The notes beneath the pieces were generated by a model that saw nothing but the letters and a program-made list of their open reading frames with translations, was not told where the DNA came from and did no database searches. From positions 46,750,001 to 46,814,000 of the forward strand of contig OZ076413.1 of assembly GCA_964187785.1 (NCBI GenBank): 64,000 nt of DNA, written 5' to 3'. Shown in pieces: positions 50,311 through 63,700 of this stretch. Position numbers and translations under genes: made by a program. Source of the DNA: Amphiscolops sp. MND2022 (lineage: Eukaryota). Numbering within the stretch: the first letter of the stretch is position 1; each line of letters starts with the position of its first letter.

Positions 50311-53300
50311 ATGGATCTGGAATATCAAGAACGCTTACTTCAATCTCAGATGGGCGGCTCCTCTGTCGGGCTAGCTGAAAGTGTAAGCTCCATCTTTTCT
50401 TTACTCAATTACATTTGCTCTCTCAAAGAATTTATCTTCATTCAATAAATGATTCGAATTGTGAACTAGTTCTCGTGGTGACGTTTCAACTTTTTCAGCC
50501 TATCAAATGCAAGAGTCCATACCATCTCGCTTCTCCCTCGAAGGAAAGATTGGGTGATCGGTTAGTCGATTAATTAGCAGGTTAACAGTTTCTTTTCGAA
50601 CGGTTAAAATGAAGCGAATATGAACAGTGGTTCATGAGACGTAATTTAACGTACCTGTAGATTTTTGTAGAAGAATTGCGCTCAGTAATAGCCATCTCAG
50701 AAGCTTGGTTGATAGTTTTGTAAAATGGTTACTCGATTGCAGCAAAGCGTACTTAAGCTGTCACAGTGACACTTCGTGTTTCCTTGGTGCCATGGGTGAA
50801 ATTGTTCGTTCTAGTTTTATCCCCATGCGTACCAACGAGAGGTGGGCTCTTAACTTCGGAAGCCCGAATGAAAAGACGAAACCTTGCGCGCCGCCTCCGA
50901 AGAAGACCAAGGAGCTCTGCCCGGATTCTGATAAAGGTAGATGAAAATACAAGATGAATGTTGAATGATCAAATGATGATGATAATTATTAGTTTGAGAT
51001 TCTGTTTAAGACCACTATGCATATTCTTGTCTTTTGAGCAATGAGCTGCTGGGCCACGAGAATGCTGACGTCAAAAGTCAAGTTAGTCGAGTCTATCCTT
51101 TCGCACGTTTACAAAGCTAAGCAGCACACAATCAATCGCTAACCATCCCCCAATGGGGTTGTTTTCGGAACTCCTTGTTCCGAAAAAAACCTAAAGAATT
51201 TTCACTCAAATTTCCCGCTTTGAATTTTATAACTTTCAGTTTAAGGAAAAGTCTTCAATAGGCGGAAAGGTCCCGTATTCCAATTTTTTCTGCATTGTGA
51301 CATGCTGTAGAATTAGGAAAATCTTTCTGCCATTTAAATATTTTTTGACGCTTCTTAGCCCAGGCTGGGGCGCTGAATTGGATCGTTCCCGGTTTGTTTA
51401 CTGGTCAAACTATATAGGCTCATCTAAGCCTCCTGAACGTTCTTATAAAAGTTATGGTTATATATAAGCTTAAAATAATTTGGTTGGGTTTTTCGCAGGA
51501 TTTGCCACTGAGTGACAGGAAGGCTCTGGTGCATATAAACTCCCCTCATGCAAGTCAGCGTTTGTTCCAGTTCAAAAACTCAGCCCAGATTCCTGGCTCA
51601 GAGAACCTCGATCCAACAGCCCCACTCTACACATTATCACCTATCAATAAAGCCAGGTTAAATCTTACCACTCTTCTCACTCAGTTATACTATTACTCGG
51701 AACTTCTAACAAATTGCGCAGTAGATTGGAATTACTAGCATTTTGCAACAATTAGGTTTTAAGTATCTTCTAACGGTTTGCATTCTGGAAAGCATACTGC
51801 GAAATATCGTCAGTTCGAGTTCTCGGAGTTTACTATTCACTGTTCTTATCCGAGTAAATTTTCAAGGGAATAACTTATTGGCCTGTTTTTGCTGTATGTA
51901 CAATATATGCATTTATGTGGCTTCATGAGTTGGTTGTTTCAGCCAAGCTCTTCTGAAGTCTCCGAGGAAGGCAGTGCGGAGGATATGCAAACAGCCATGC
52001 AAAGTGTTGGACGCGCCTCAGTTGCAGGACGACTTCTATCTCAACCTGGTCGACTGGTCCTCACAGAACCTGCTCGCCGTGGGACTGGGCTCATGCACGT
52101 ACCTCTGGGATGCCACCTCCTCTAATGTTTGTTACTCACTCCATTTTTTGAACCATTGGTTATAATGCTTATTAAATCATGGAAGATTTTTGTCGACATT
52201 CTGAATTATAAACTTTCTGAGATATTTCAATGTTATCACACTGGTTATGCGAAGTTGGAGATTTTCGTTTTCCGTAAACGTTTCCTTGAGGGACTTTGTC
52301 AAATTCTTGGGGGATCATTTTTCTGTTGAAACACCCTGAATGCTGAATAAAACGAAAGAAGTTTTAATGCCATCGAAAATAGAGAAATGGTTGCCTAATT
52401 CAAGTAGTCAGTTTTTGATTACAAACTCAGCTGCCGGTGTGTTCTCGTCGTTGCTATGTTTTTTGTCTGTTTAGGTCACCAAACTGTGTGACTTGGCTCC
52501 TCGAGATAAAGTGACGTCAGTCAGCTGGGCTGATCGTGTAAGTTTTATATTACAATAACTTCAAACTTGCATTTTTCATGTTTTTTGATGTGCATTTAGT
52601 TCATATCATCTTGTTTTTCTTTAAAAACTTTCAAGTTTTGTAATACACTGCTGAAGAATGGCGAGTTTTTCTTCGCTAGTTTTCGGATACTTCATTGTAA
52701 GATAGTTTTTGTTGAACAAATGTTTTCATATCCAATGAACTTCAAATTTATTTGCTCTAGGGCAATCACATAGCGATCGGGACTCAGCGAGCGTTGGTGC
52801 AGATCTGGGACGTGGCCACCCGAGAGCGCATCTGTGAGTTGCCGGGCCACACAGCCAGAGTGGCCTCCCTGGCCTGGAATGGGGACCTCATATCCAGTGG
52901 GTCACGAGACAGAAGTATCTTGCAGAGGGACACCAGATGCCCCAAGGTCGTCCCCGAGAGGAACCTCAACGGACACAAACAGGAAGTATGTGGACTCAAG
53001 TGGTCGCCCGACAAACAGCTCCTCGCTTCCGGCGGAAATGACAACAAGGTGAGACGACGCATAAGAAGTCTCAAAGTTTTCAACGCTTAAGGTTTCAATC
53101 CATTTTAGTGAACTTTTTTGGTTGAGAAGAAAGTGAACGATGCCCGAGGAAAAATATCCTAGAATTTTTTCTCAATTTTTTATCTTTTCTAATCTCCATT
53201 TTTTTAAAGAAAAAAGACCGTGCGTACTGAAACCACGAAGCTATTATCATGCAGCAAGCTTTTCAGCCCATACTGTTGGGAGCAAAGTCGGGAACATTCA

Positions 53301-56300
53301 TCACTCGAATATCCTAGAGCAGTAGAAAGCGTCAGTGCGACCGATTTTTCTCCAAGTCTTTTGCGTCAGGAGTGTGTTTTGTTTGACTCATTCCAGTAAT
53401 GAAATATTTTAGCTTTTCGTTTGGGACTTGCGGAGCTCGAGTTTCGTGCAGCAGTATACCGAACACATAGCAGCAGTGAAGGCAATTGCTTGGTCCCCTC
53501 ATCAACATGGTCTACTTGCCTCGGGAGGTGGAACTGCGGACAGGGATGCTCAATTGATCCATAAAATTTTCAACAAAATGTCAAGTTATAAAGAACGAGT
53601 TGAACAGTTAATTAGGGTTAATTCACAGGAGTGAATATCTCCTTATAAACTTCTCCAGCAAAAATTCAACTGCTAATTCAAGATACTATTGAATAGGTTT
53701 TCATCCCTGTTCTGACAACTGTGGAGAATGGGCTGTTTTGGTCCTCCGGGGGAGCATAGTGCAGTTATAGGATTCGGTCTGTACTGGGGCGGTATCAGGT
53801 TCGAATCTCTCTCAACTCACCATTGCTGGGCCTTGAGCAAATACTTTATCCCTAGCTTAGTGGTATCGTCATGGCAAAAAATACGCATTTGGCGGAGAAA
53901 AGCAAAATGAAAAGAGCAACGGTGAGAAGTCGTCAGACCTTTGTGACAGAGCAAGTCACTTTGAAACAACAGATCCAAGTCGAAGATTGCTTAATTGCTT
54001 TGTTGTAAATATATAACCATAGTTGGCTATGGGGAGACAGTATCCAAAAAGGCGCTGACGTAGTAAAGCAGCAGTGCATATCTGATAACGCGAATGTTTT
54101 CCCAAAATTTTAGAACGATTCTTAATGTCCCTTTTAGCACAAACTTTTGTAGACCTACTTGTAAATTAAATGTTTTGTTGTTAATTCATAATGGCTAAAG
54201 AGGATTGAGTATTGCTGGCTTGCAGATGTATCCGTTTTTGGAACACGCTCACGCAGCAGCGACTGAACTCAGTGGACACAGGGAGCCAAGTGTGTAATCT
54301 GTCCTGGGCCAAGTACACGAGTGAGCTGGTCAGCACCCACGGCTACAGCCAGAACCAGATCCTCATCTGGAAGTACCCCTCCATGCAGCAAGTCGTCAAA
54401 CTCACCGGACACACTTTCAGAGTTTTATATCTCGTTAGTTTATACGAACTTTGAAAACGTTATATTCGAACTTTGAAAACGTTATATCCGAACTTTGAAA
54501 CCGTTACACCCGAACTTTAACTTTGAAAACGTTACACCCGAACTATGAAACGTTATATCCGAACTAAAAAGTTGAACAAATGAACAAAAAAGTGGGCCAT
54601 TCAGAGTGAACTGAAGAAAACTACCCACTGTAATAGTCGGGCTTTTTTCCTTAAGGGAAAAGGCGCCGACTAAAAATATCTATTTCGTGCGATTCGGAAA
54701 CATTCAAGAAATTGAGTGTCTGAAGAGTCAGTCGAAAAGTACAAAAATTTATCAAAAACCTGACAACAAACTTGATAGTTTAAACAGTGTTCTTTTTGTA
54801 ATTGCTCTTCGATTGTTTGCAGGCGATGTCTCCAGATGGTGAATCGATTGTTACAGGTGCTGGTGACGAAACCCTCAGATTCTGGAATGTGTTCAGTAAA
54901 TCTAGGGCCGAAAGTGTTAGTGTAGAATTTCTAACATCCGCTTTTGAGTGAATGCACGAGTACTTATTTGAACGAAAGTGTTTTCTATTCGCACCTAACA
55001 CCCTTGTTTTTGTTGAGGTTCATTGTATAGGATTTTTGTATAGGATCTATATAGCCTGCGAAGAACTTGAAGCAAGTCGATCTTGTAGTAAATTGTATAG
55101 CAAAACCCCGAAATCTTCTGCAGGGCTACATTTTTTAACCAAAGTTGAATGTACAGTGGTGTGAAGAAAGAATGCGACTTAGCTGCTCAAAAAGGCTAAT
55201 TTCGCAGTCTCATATCTCCAAAACTATTCGAAATGGTTCGATTTGGTAAAGACAAAAGTTTCTTGAGTTTTGGCTATGAATACAATGGTTTTTGTTTGAA
55301 AGTTCAGCCATAATTGTTTCTGAAGTTAGAAACATGTGATATTGAAGGCAAAATATTCAAAAATGCTAATTTTTGAGAAAATATCAGTGATCCAAGAAAT
55401 ATTTTTTTTTATAAATTTTGCCTTGCAGATACACTCAAATCTCTCGAAAACGAAAATGAAATTTGATTCTGGATATATTTGGAAAATGTATATTGTTGGG
55501 TGTTTTACCAAGTGTAAGTCTGAAATCTTAATACATGTATTTCCAATTTTACTGAACGAAAAAGTGCTCCCATTTTTGTTTCCTTGGTGATTTCCACAAA
55601 CGAAAACTATCATGGGATTGAGAAAAATCAGAGAAATTTTTGGATATAATTTTCATGTAAAAATTATCCCCGAAAGACGGTAAAATATTGAAAATACTGA
55701 TTTTTGCGAGCGATCGAGGCTTGTTAAACCAATAAGATTTGAGCAGCGAGGCTTTGTGAACCAATCAGATTATTCTTAAAAACTTTAAAAAGTTAAATTT
55801 GCATCAGAGTTTCCGTAATGTTTGCACTGTAAAATGCGCATTAGAAACAGTGATGTCCAGTTAAATATAATTTAAACCAAAAACCGATTCAAACGTTTTC
55901 ATCGATTTGGTTAAACCGATCGGTTATTTGTCTAAGCAATTGAAGAAACCTTTTTTTGAACCGGATTGTTTACCTGATAGTTGAACCACTGGTTAAATTG
56001 GACATACCTGCCCGGTTTGACCCTCTATTCAAGTCGTACAATCCATCTTCGATGGCGGTACGATGATGCCCAAATCTTACTCGTGACAGTGCCACGATTC
56101 GTACTATGATTGACGTGATGTTGTAGTCAGATCGTACCGCGAAACGTGCGACAGACGTCGAATACAGCGTCCGTAACACACGTCGGAAACTCACTTCACT
56201 TTCTTTGACAACGTGTTGACAAATGTTCGCTCTGTCAAGTTTGTTCGTGTAACGTTTTCGGGGTCTTGTACCTTGCAAAGTCGCAGTATGATTTGTGAGA

Positions 56301-56793
56301 ACAAATCGAGTGGAAAACCCATAGGTCAAAACTATTTCGCCTTAAAAAGTTTTACTATGCTAAATTCTTACACGTGACAGCGCTGTACTCTCAAGCATAA
56401 TATTTTGAATCAAAATTTTTGGGCGATTTGAAGTTACTTATATGATTCCTGATCAAAAAATGTTTTGCTTGAAGTCATTAAAAACGTTATTGAAAAAATA
56501 GAGGACGTATGTAAAAAAATTCAGTGAAATAAATAGATAAATTATGGATTATAATTGCCACGCTTCATTTTTTATTATTGGAAGAATCTTAGAATACATG
56601 CGTTTCATAGTACGTTATGAAAATCGTAGTATGAGGTCCACGATTGATACAATCATTTTACAATCTTACTACGATAGGCATGATAAGGCTATGACCCAAA
56701 GGTCAACCTGGGTGTTTAAAAAGCAGAATTGTTACTTTTTGTATTTTACAGGACTCCCACTCAGCGTTGAATTTATTCACCCAAATTCGATGA
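50311..56793 (+). CDS. FZR1: Fizzy-related / Cdh1 APC/C co-activator (497 aa, 12 exons)
   Basis: Exons 50311-50382, 50499-50560, 50815-50936, 51011-51081, 51499-51656, 51943-52126, 52475-52537, 52761-53048, 53413-53543, 54226-54433, 54823-54915, 56752-56793. Motifs: [10 protein letters not shown] start, C-box [28 protein letters not shown]40 repeats, C-terminal LNLFTQIR* tail. Confidence 0.93.
53745..53860 (+). mobile_element. Possible tRNA-derived SINE in FZR1 intron 9
   Basis: B-box GGTTCGAATC followed by CCTTGAGCAAATACTT, which resembles the CORE-SINE central motif. Confidence 0.4.
54446..54566 (+). repeat. ~22-bp minisatellite in FZR1 intron 10
   Basis: CGAACTTTGAAAACGTTATATC, about 5 units. 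Confidence 0.85.
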
Positions 56794-58286
56794 AAGAAAG
56801 CATGGGAGATCTTTTAAGAAACCTGATCAACTGTTGTGGATCAACATGCGATGATGGGCGAGTGAGAGAAACATGTAACGATCATCTCAAGTGATTTGAG
56901 GAAAATACTTTGGTCTGTTTCTCGAACCCAATGTGTTGATTCTCTTCATCTTAGGCTTCAGGACCGGAATCGAGTAGCGGCACCACCCAATTGTAGCTCT
57001 CCTGAAACGTCATAGACATATTTTTCATTCATTGGAGTTCTTTTATTTTCGCTGTTTGATTCGTTTATTTCGTTCACAAGCCCAGTCCAATTTCCTCCAT
57101 TGTACCATTGTATCCCTTTGTGTAGTGTAGTTCAAAATCTAGACTGGCAAAATGCGAATTTTAAATCCTGTTTGTAGATCCGATATGTCCTTGAAAACAT
57201 GGGCTCATTCCATTGGTTGCGTTTGTTTTTCCTCTACGGATTTTACTCTATCCATAATGCTATAGCCTATTAACGAAATGGCGATGTCGTATTTTCTCAA
57301 AGGAGTCACGCTATGAAAAGGTTGACAAAAAATGTCGAGTATATTAAAAGTATGACTTGTATTCAGTGGAAGACATTTGCCCATTCTCTATTCTTTTGTC
57401 TTTGTTTTGTGCTCAATTCGTGCTAATGTCCATCCTCGTTTATAGATAATGGTGAATCAAAATTTTACCACGCTTTTTAACCTCCGGTGTGTGCATGGAT
57501 AAATTTTATGTGAAAAGTGGTTTAGATAAATTATGTATATTGGATTTTAACTCACTATTTTAACGACAGTAATGTGCAAATCATGAATTGTTTTTGTGCT
57601 GCTTTTATAGACTTGCAAGTTAGATTATAGTTAAGTAAGAAGAATCTGATTCTCATTGAGTTGCTTTCATACTCCCAGTTAACTAAGTTTTCAAAACTTA
57701 ATTCAATTATGCTACAAATCTGAGTCTTTTTCCAACCTCAGCTGCTCCAGAAGTAAAAATTTGAAATCATAAATTCAAGCAGTCATGGACAGGCGCGGTG
57801 CATGTTATGCTTGTAGGATGTCTAAAATGTCTCAGATTCTACAAGATGATTTTTCGGATTCACAAAACTCTTGAACAAAAGATGCAACAAATCTGACGGA
57901 AACTTGTGACTCATATTTCCAGTTATGAGTCAAGATACGAGTTGAGTTCGTTTTCAGTTTGCGATGAAACCCTCATTTAACAGCTAAGACAACCTTCCTT
58001 AAAACTTATGAGGAAATGGGAATCATAATAAGAGATGGAAATTAAAGTTTTTAGGAAGGAAACGAGGTCACGTTTTTTCAAGTTTTAATATCCAAATGAC
58101 TCATTGTGCTTTACTTTCAATCAAAATGGAACAAATAGGTTCTCAAACCAGTAGTAATCACGTTTGAAGATTATTGTCAATACCGTCAATACTTTAGAAG
58201 AAATGAATAATTCATTACGTTCTTGTGTTAGTGCTGTGACTGAAATTCAATCATTGATTACACTTGCGATAAGCAAGTGTTATGGG

Positions 58287-58669
58287 GGTGCCAGGATATT
58301 TCGTCCTATACACTTTCAACCTATGCAATTTCAACCGTTGCCATTTCAACCGCTCACAATTTCAACCTATTGCATTTTCAACCGTCCGCAATTTCGACCT
58401 CAACTAATTTCGTCTTAATCCGCTATTTCGTCTTAATTCGGTTGAACTATTATTTCATCATAATAGTTGGTATTGAATAAAACAGCCTTAATTATTGGTA
58501 ATTATTCATGAAAGAGCCAAAACGTATCAAAAATGGTGTAAAAATTAGCACATTTAGATTTAGAAATGTTTGAAAATGAAAACTACCTCAGATAATTATA
58601 TAACTAAGAGGATCCATTAACCAGAATTAGTATAGGTTGAAAGTGTATGGGACGAAATGTCATGTAACC
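58287..58669. mobile_element. MITE with ~37-bp imperfect TIRs and 8-bp TSD
   Basis: TSD GTTATGGG at 58279-58286 and 58670-58677. TIR ATTTCGTCCTATACACTTTCAACCTAT / ATAGGTTGAAAGTGTATGGGACGAAAT. Internal 15-bp ATTTCAACC repeats. Confidence 0.8.
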
Positions 58670-58785
58670 GTTATGGGAAAGTGCGGGTGCTTTTTTTCCG
58701 CGCGACATTTCGTTTCAGCCCGCAACTCGCACAGTTCAGGCGGCCAGAACTGTGCGAGTTGCGGGCTGGAACGAGTTGTCGCGCG

Positions 58786-58858
58786 GCGTTCGTGGTCTAG
58801 TGGCAAGATGCTTGCTTTTCAACCCAGAGTGCTCGTGTTCGAACCGGTGCGTATGCGC
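58786..58858 (+). other. tRNA-derived sequence (pseudo-tRNA or SINE head)
   Basis: A-box TGGTCTAGTGG, B-box GTTCGAACC, followed by a T-run. Cloverleaf stems pair poorly. Confidence 0.5.
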
Positions 58859-59794
58859 TAATTTTTTTTACAAGCAATGTCTTCAAAGGGTCCTACCTAC
58901 CTTCAATTTGGTTGATACTTTGCAACAGAACGAATGTTAAAAATTCCAAAGCATCCCCTCTCAGATTTTTTGGCACTACGAGACTTCAAAGTATTCATTT
59001 TTTCTTCGAAACTTTGAAGCCCCTCAATCTTTACTAGAAACGAAACGTTTAGCAAGCATAAAAGTTTTCGGCGCCATGCGACTTGCTGAAGCCATTCATC
59101 ATTTTTTTTTCGAAATTTCCAAAAAGTATGTTTCCTCAATTTTCCGATTTTTGAAAGATCTGGGTTGAGAAAGATGGGGTTTTTTGCTGTTTCCAGTTGG
59201 GGAAAATGGTTTTCGAGTCTTATGCGTATCCCTTTGGGTATTTTTTGGCCCTGTAAAATTGATAAAATTTTAACAAAAATTTCTTTTTGCATATTTAAAA
59301 AACATTACTTTTTTGAACCATGAACCCTCATGGTTGTGTTATATTGATCAAGTAGTAGAAAAACTGGCAGACTCCTTAACCCTTGGTTCTCCGTATGATA
59401 TTGCTTTTTTTGTTTTCTCTTCAAAAATTCGCATTTCTTCGCAAGTGTTTGTGAAGCACGGCTTCGCCTCTGTGTTTAAATGTGGAACCAGGAAACGAAA
59501 CTCTAAACAAGATCCTAACGTTCAATTTACATAACAAGGTTGTAACACTTCGAGATCGTACATGCCAAAAAAAATGAAGAGTTCTTCGCTGTAACAGTCT
59601 AAATGCTAAAGTCTGAAAATAGGGGTTTGAAAACGAACGAAAGAATCCTTGGAAAGTTTGATTTTTGAAATCGAATTACTTAATCAAGTAACAAAAATTT
59701 GAAAATCTGGAAATGTTTTCTGACTTAAATTCCAAAGTCTTGATATACTGTGCTCAACAATCAAATTTGAAATAATCGCCACGTTTTTTAAATA

Positions 59795-59967
59795 CAGGAA
59801 GGCTAATTATAACGAAGTGCTTTATAACGACGAACGTTTATAGCAACCATTTTCCAAATTCCTGTCATAGCAAATGCTTTGCTTGTAACGACAATTTTTA
59901 TGACGACGGTTTTTATACTGATAATAAAATCAACGTTATATATCAGTCGTTATAAAAGCCCCTACTG
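59795..59967. mobile_element. Tc1/mariner-type MITE
   Basis: TA|CAG...CTG|TA ends, with TTATAACGA repeats inverted at the two ends. Confidence 0.55.
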
Positions 59968-60792
59968 TATCAAGCCATGTGTCTACTTTTGACTATTCTG
60001 CACAAAAACTTTTGTCCAACTTACAAAAGCAATTCTTAGATGCAAATGGTTCTAGAGTTCCTCCGCAACTCGCAGAACATTGAAAAACAAATTTCAGCTC
60101 TAATCAGCAATGCATCGAATTAAGTTTTTTATCTATAAAATGAAGTGTTCTTTAATCAACACTGGTACCTCGAAATGATTTTTTCCAACGAAAAATTTCC
60201 AATTAAAACTATAACTGAGTACGTTCACAGTCAATCTTTCAACTGAAACCCTTCCTCTTCTAAATCACACTCATAAAACAAATGAGCAGAAAATTTTTCA
60301 CATCGAAAGAGAACACAACAATAAACCATGTGAAGCACCATATTTCTGAGGCTCGTCCAAAGCGAGATGTACTGGTGCAAATTTTGAAAAATAGCCATTT
60401 AAAATTTTCATTCCAGGCAGTCGTGAGATCTAACGCAATGGCCAGAACAATGCGTTAGTGTTCGGAAAGTGTCTCGTGTCCAATTGAGACAGTGTTTAAT
60501 TCGTTCCCTTCTCTATTACCTGTTTATCTGTTTATTCATTTCGGAAAAACGTAAGTCCACTGTATGTCTATCATTACCAATTTGATAATTTAGTAAATCG
60601 CCATCATCGAATTCGTTTATTTGATCTCTCGTAAGGATCTCGGGTACACTACTGTCGCTTTCAGAGTCACTGTTTCTATCCATTCCGCTCTAATCTAACA
60701 GATTATTTCTTGCTGACTGAAACCAAAAAGACAAACGCTGAAGTTTTTATAAGTTTAATTGAATTATTGAAGGACGATTTTTAGGTAGACAT

Positions 60793-63700
60793 TGTAACTG
60801 AAGATTATTGTAAGGTTGATGTATTCAGTAACTGCACGTCGTTGTATAGCAAATGTTAATGGCCGTCAGTTGGCACCTGCTGTTTGGTATGATGATGTTA
60901 GTCACGTGACCTCATCAACCAATCATATTGCATTTCATAATGGTGTTAATTAGCACCTTGTGTTTGGTGACGCAATTTGCGTCTAATGGTATGAGTGCAG
61001 TGATGGTACGTTGCTATGGTTACATGATTCATTGTTCAATACATACTAGTACTATACGTAGTATAATTGCACTTGTGAAAGTATGGCGATATTGCATCAC
61101 TAACGTTGAAAGATAATACATGTTACTATATGGTGATGTCGTAGCACCAACATCAACTAAATGATAGGCTATGGAATGAGTAAAAAAATGCAAGTACTTT
61201 TAGCACACGATTTAACGTACTCAATACGACTACGTCAAAAACTAGAAGCGGGTTCGATGTCTAGATAAAAATGGTTTATTCTGCACAAATGTATGGATGA
61301 TGCATGTATCACGACCACGTCACAATATGTTCATGTAAAAATGTTTGAGTTTATTTCTTCAATGTTGTGTTGTCAACTGCGTTCATTCATTTTCTATTTT
61401 CTCCTTTCATTCCTTTCTTCTCTGATCTTGTGACATTCTGCTTATGGCAGCGTCATTCTACAAATCTTGCTTCTTTTGCTGTTTTCATTCGTGCTTTCCA
61501 CTTGGTGGTGCTGTACATGTAACATCGTTGTTTGTCAGTAATCATGCGTATTGCATGACACTTCCCCTCTTGGAAGGAAAGAGAAAGGAGCGGGGGAGCG
61601 AAAAGCGGAATCATTGGGATTGTGTTGGAGTGCTGGCAGCGTTAGTAAGATGAACTTCATAATTGTTAACAAGCGTCAACAAATAAATGTGAATTGGCGT
61701 TTTAATCTCTAAGAGTAATCCGAGAAGGCCTTCGTTCAGTCCACGAGTACAGTCGTGAGAGAGTATAGTTCATTTAGCCGTGACGTCGATAGCCACGTCA
61801 TCCAATCGTGCGCTTTATTACTGATTTGAGTAATAAAGGTAGTAAAGGTAAATGAACCGGAAACAGTTGATTCGTGGCAGCGAATGTGCTGTTTTGGTAA
61901 TTCTAAGTCGGGTGTGAAAACAATAAAAACCGTGTGAACACGGGAAGTTTCTCGTTGACAGATACAGTTGGATTTCTGATTTAATAGTTCGTTGTAATTG
62001 GTGATTGTTGTCGGCTTCTGATTTGGCAAACGCGGTGTACCGAGAAAACTTCTTGGTCAAGTGGAAATAGTAGATTTTAGACGTAGGTAATTTTTCAGCG
62101 TTTTCGAATCAGATAGGAGTTTTTCGGGCAAGGGTTTGCCTTTGACGTGTATCAGATTTGTTAAATGGGCATTCAAGAATTAAGAATTCTTTTTGATGTA
62201 GGAGAGGGCACTACCGTGTTATAGATAATGAGGGTGATCAGACCACATGATCAACAAGAGAAGCATTGATTTTTGGGAAATCGCAACTGCATCATTTTTG
62301 CTAGCCTGGTTTTCTCCGTTATTTTCAGATTATCGTGATTGATTATGTCTGGCGTGAATCCTTCTGACGATGACGTCGTTGTCACTGTATTGTCCATAGA
62401 GGGGTGTCCAGTGGAGGAGGGCCAGTGTAGTTTGTCTCATGACGATATTGATGTCTCGCAGGAAGTTGTGGGAGAGTTGCTAGCAGGAGGAGTAGACTCT
62501 GTGTGCTGTCTTTTCGCTGGACGATTAGCAGCTCCTAGTTCTGATGCATTGAACACTTTGGTTGAGATCATTCTATCAGAAGAATTCCGTGAGTACTTTA
62601 TTCGGATATTTCTTTTGACCGGTATCACTTTTTTGGGGAGATGTCGTCACTCCTTTTTTTGTTAATCTTTGAGCGTTTCACATTGGTTGGGTTTGGTGAG
62701 GGTGTGTCCTATCAATCCGAATTTGTATTGTTTGCATTCCGGGAAAAAACACGTTCTCAAGGTGTCCGTGGTTCTGTTATGGGTATTGCCGGTTATTTTG
62801 CGTTCACAGGGAGCCTGGGCGTGGAAGAGATTGTGTCAGTGCTTCGAGATCTGTTGAGACGGACTGGCGATTTCCCCGTGTCGTCATCATTGAGCGCTGA
62901 AGAGTTGAGGAGTCGTCTGTCGATTTTCCTCCAAAGGCAATCAGGTAAATAATGATTACCAGCATATGTCATGTGGTTTTTTTGTTGGGTGGTCAAAAAT
63001 AGTAGTTGTAGCTGCTGTTGGTATTTCGTAGGCAAGGATGTAGTCACCTATGGGGGGTGTATGATGATCAGGCTGTCGTGTGTTTCGCAGGTGTATCAGG
63101 TGCTCGACACGTGACTGTGACAGACCTTGATGTAGTCGTCAATGCGCTCATCAAAAAGAGGTCGAGTTTGGTGAAAGCGACGATTGAAGCTCGGCTGGGT
63201 CACGTGGGCACCGTCGGGGCTATGCTGGTCGAAGAACTTATCACTAAAATGAAATCGGCTATGGAGGAACTTTTGCCCGCCACCGACGTCGTCTGTGTCT
63301 GAGTCTGGATCTGGGGGAATGGGTCAAGGGTCATTGTCTTCGGCAATTAACGAGGATGCCTTCATCGTCGCGACCTGCAGAAAGTTCTGAAGGAGGGTGT
63401 GCCTCGGTCCTCTCTGAGTTCGGTGAGCTGGGGTCGTCAGCGTCAGTTGCTCTTGAGAGCACGAAAACTGCAAAACCTGGTAAGAAACTCATAAGATCAT
63501 GGGATGGGTTTTGGGTATCTAATTACTACTAGCTAAGTCTTAGGCCAAAAAAATGTTTTTTTTTGTAATTTTCCTTTTTTGTAAGAGTTTGAAAGGGCGG
63601 ACCTACGGGTTCTTAATTTGCTGTTCGGATTTCCATGATGTAGTGTCTTTCAGGTCGTCGCGGTAGATTGAAGACGCTAAGGCCGTCGTACTTTGTGTTC

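Noticed and set aside
54446..54566. CRISPR-like array (also 11561-11634 and 19853-19952)
   Set aside because: Tandem units with no unique spacers, in a eukaryotic context with no cas genes.
54916..54951. FZR1 ending at ...[16 protein letters not shown] without a last exon
   Set aside because: It lacks the IR tail. The GTTAGT donor and an in-phase exon at 56752-56793 give [13 protein letters not shown].
55154..55829. Tc1-type MITE TA|CAGTG...CACTG|TA in FZR1 intron 11
   Set aside because: Only 5 bp of terminal match, too little to define TIRs.
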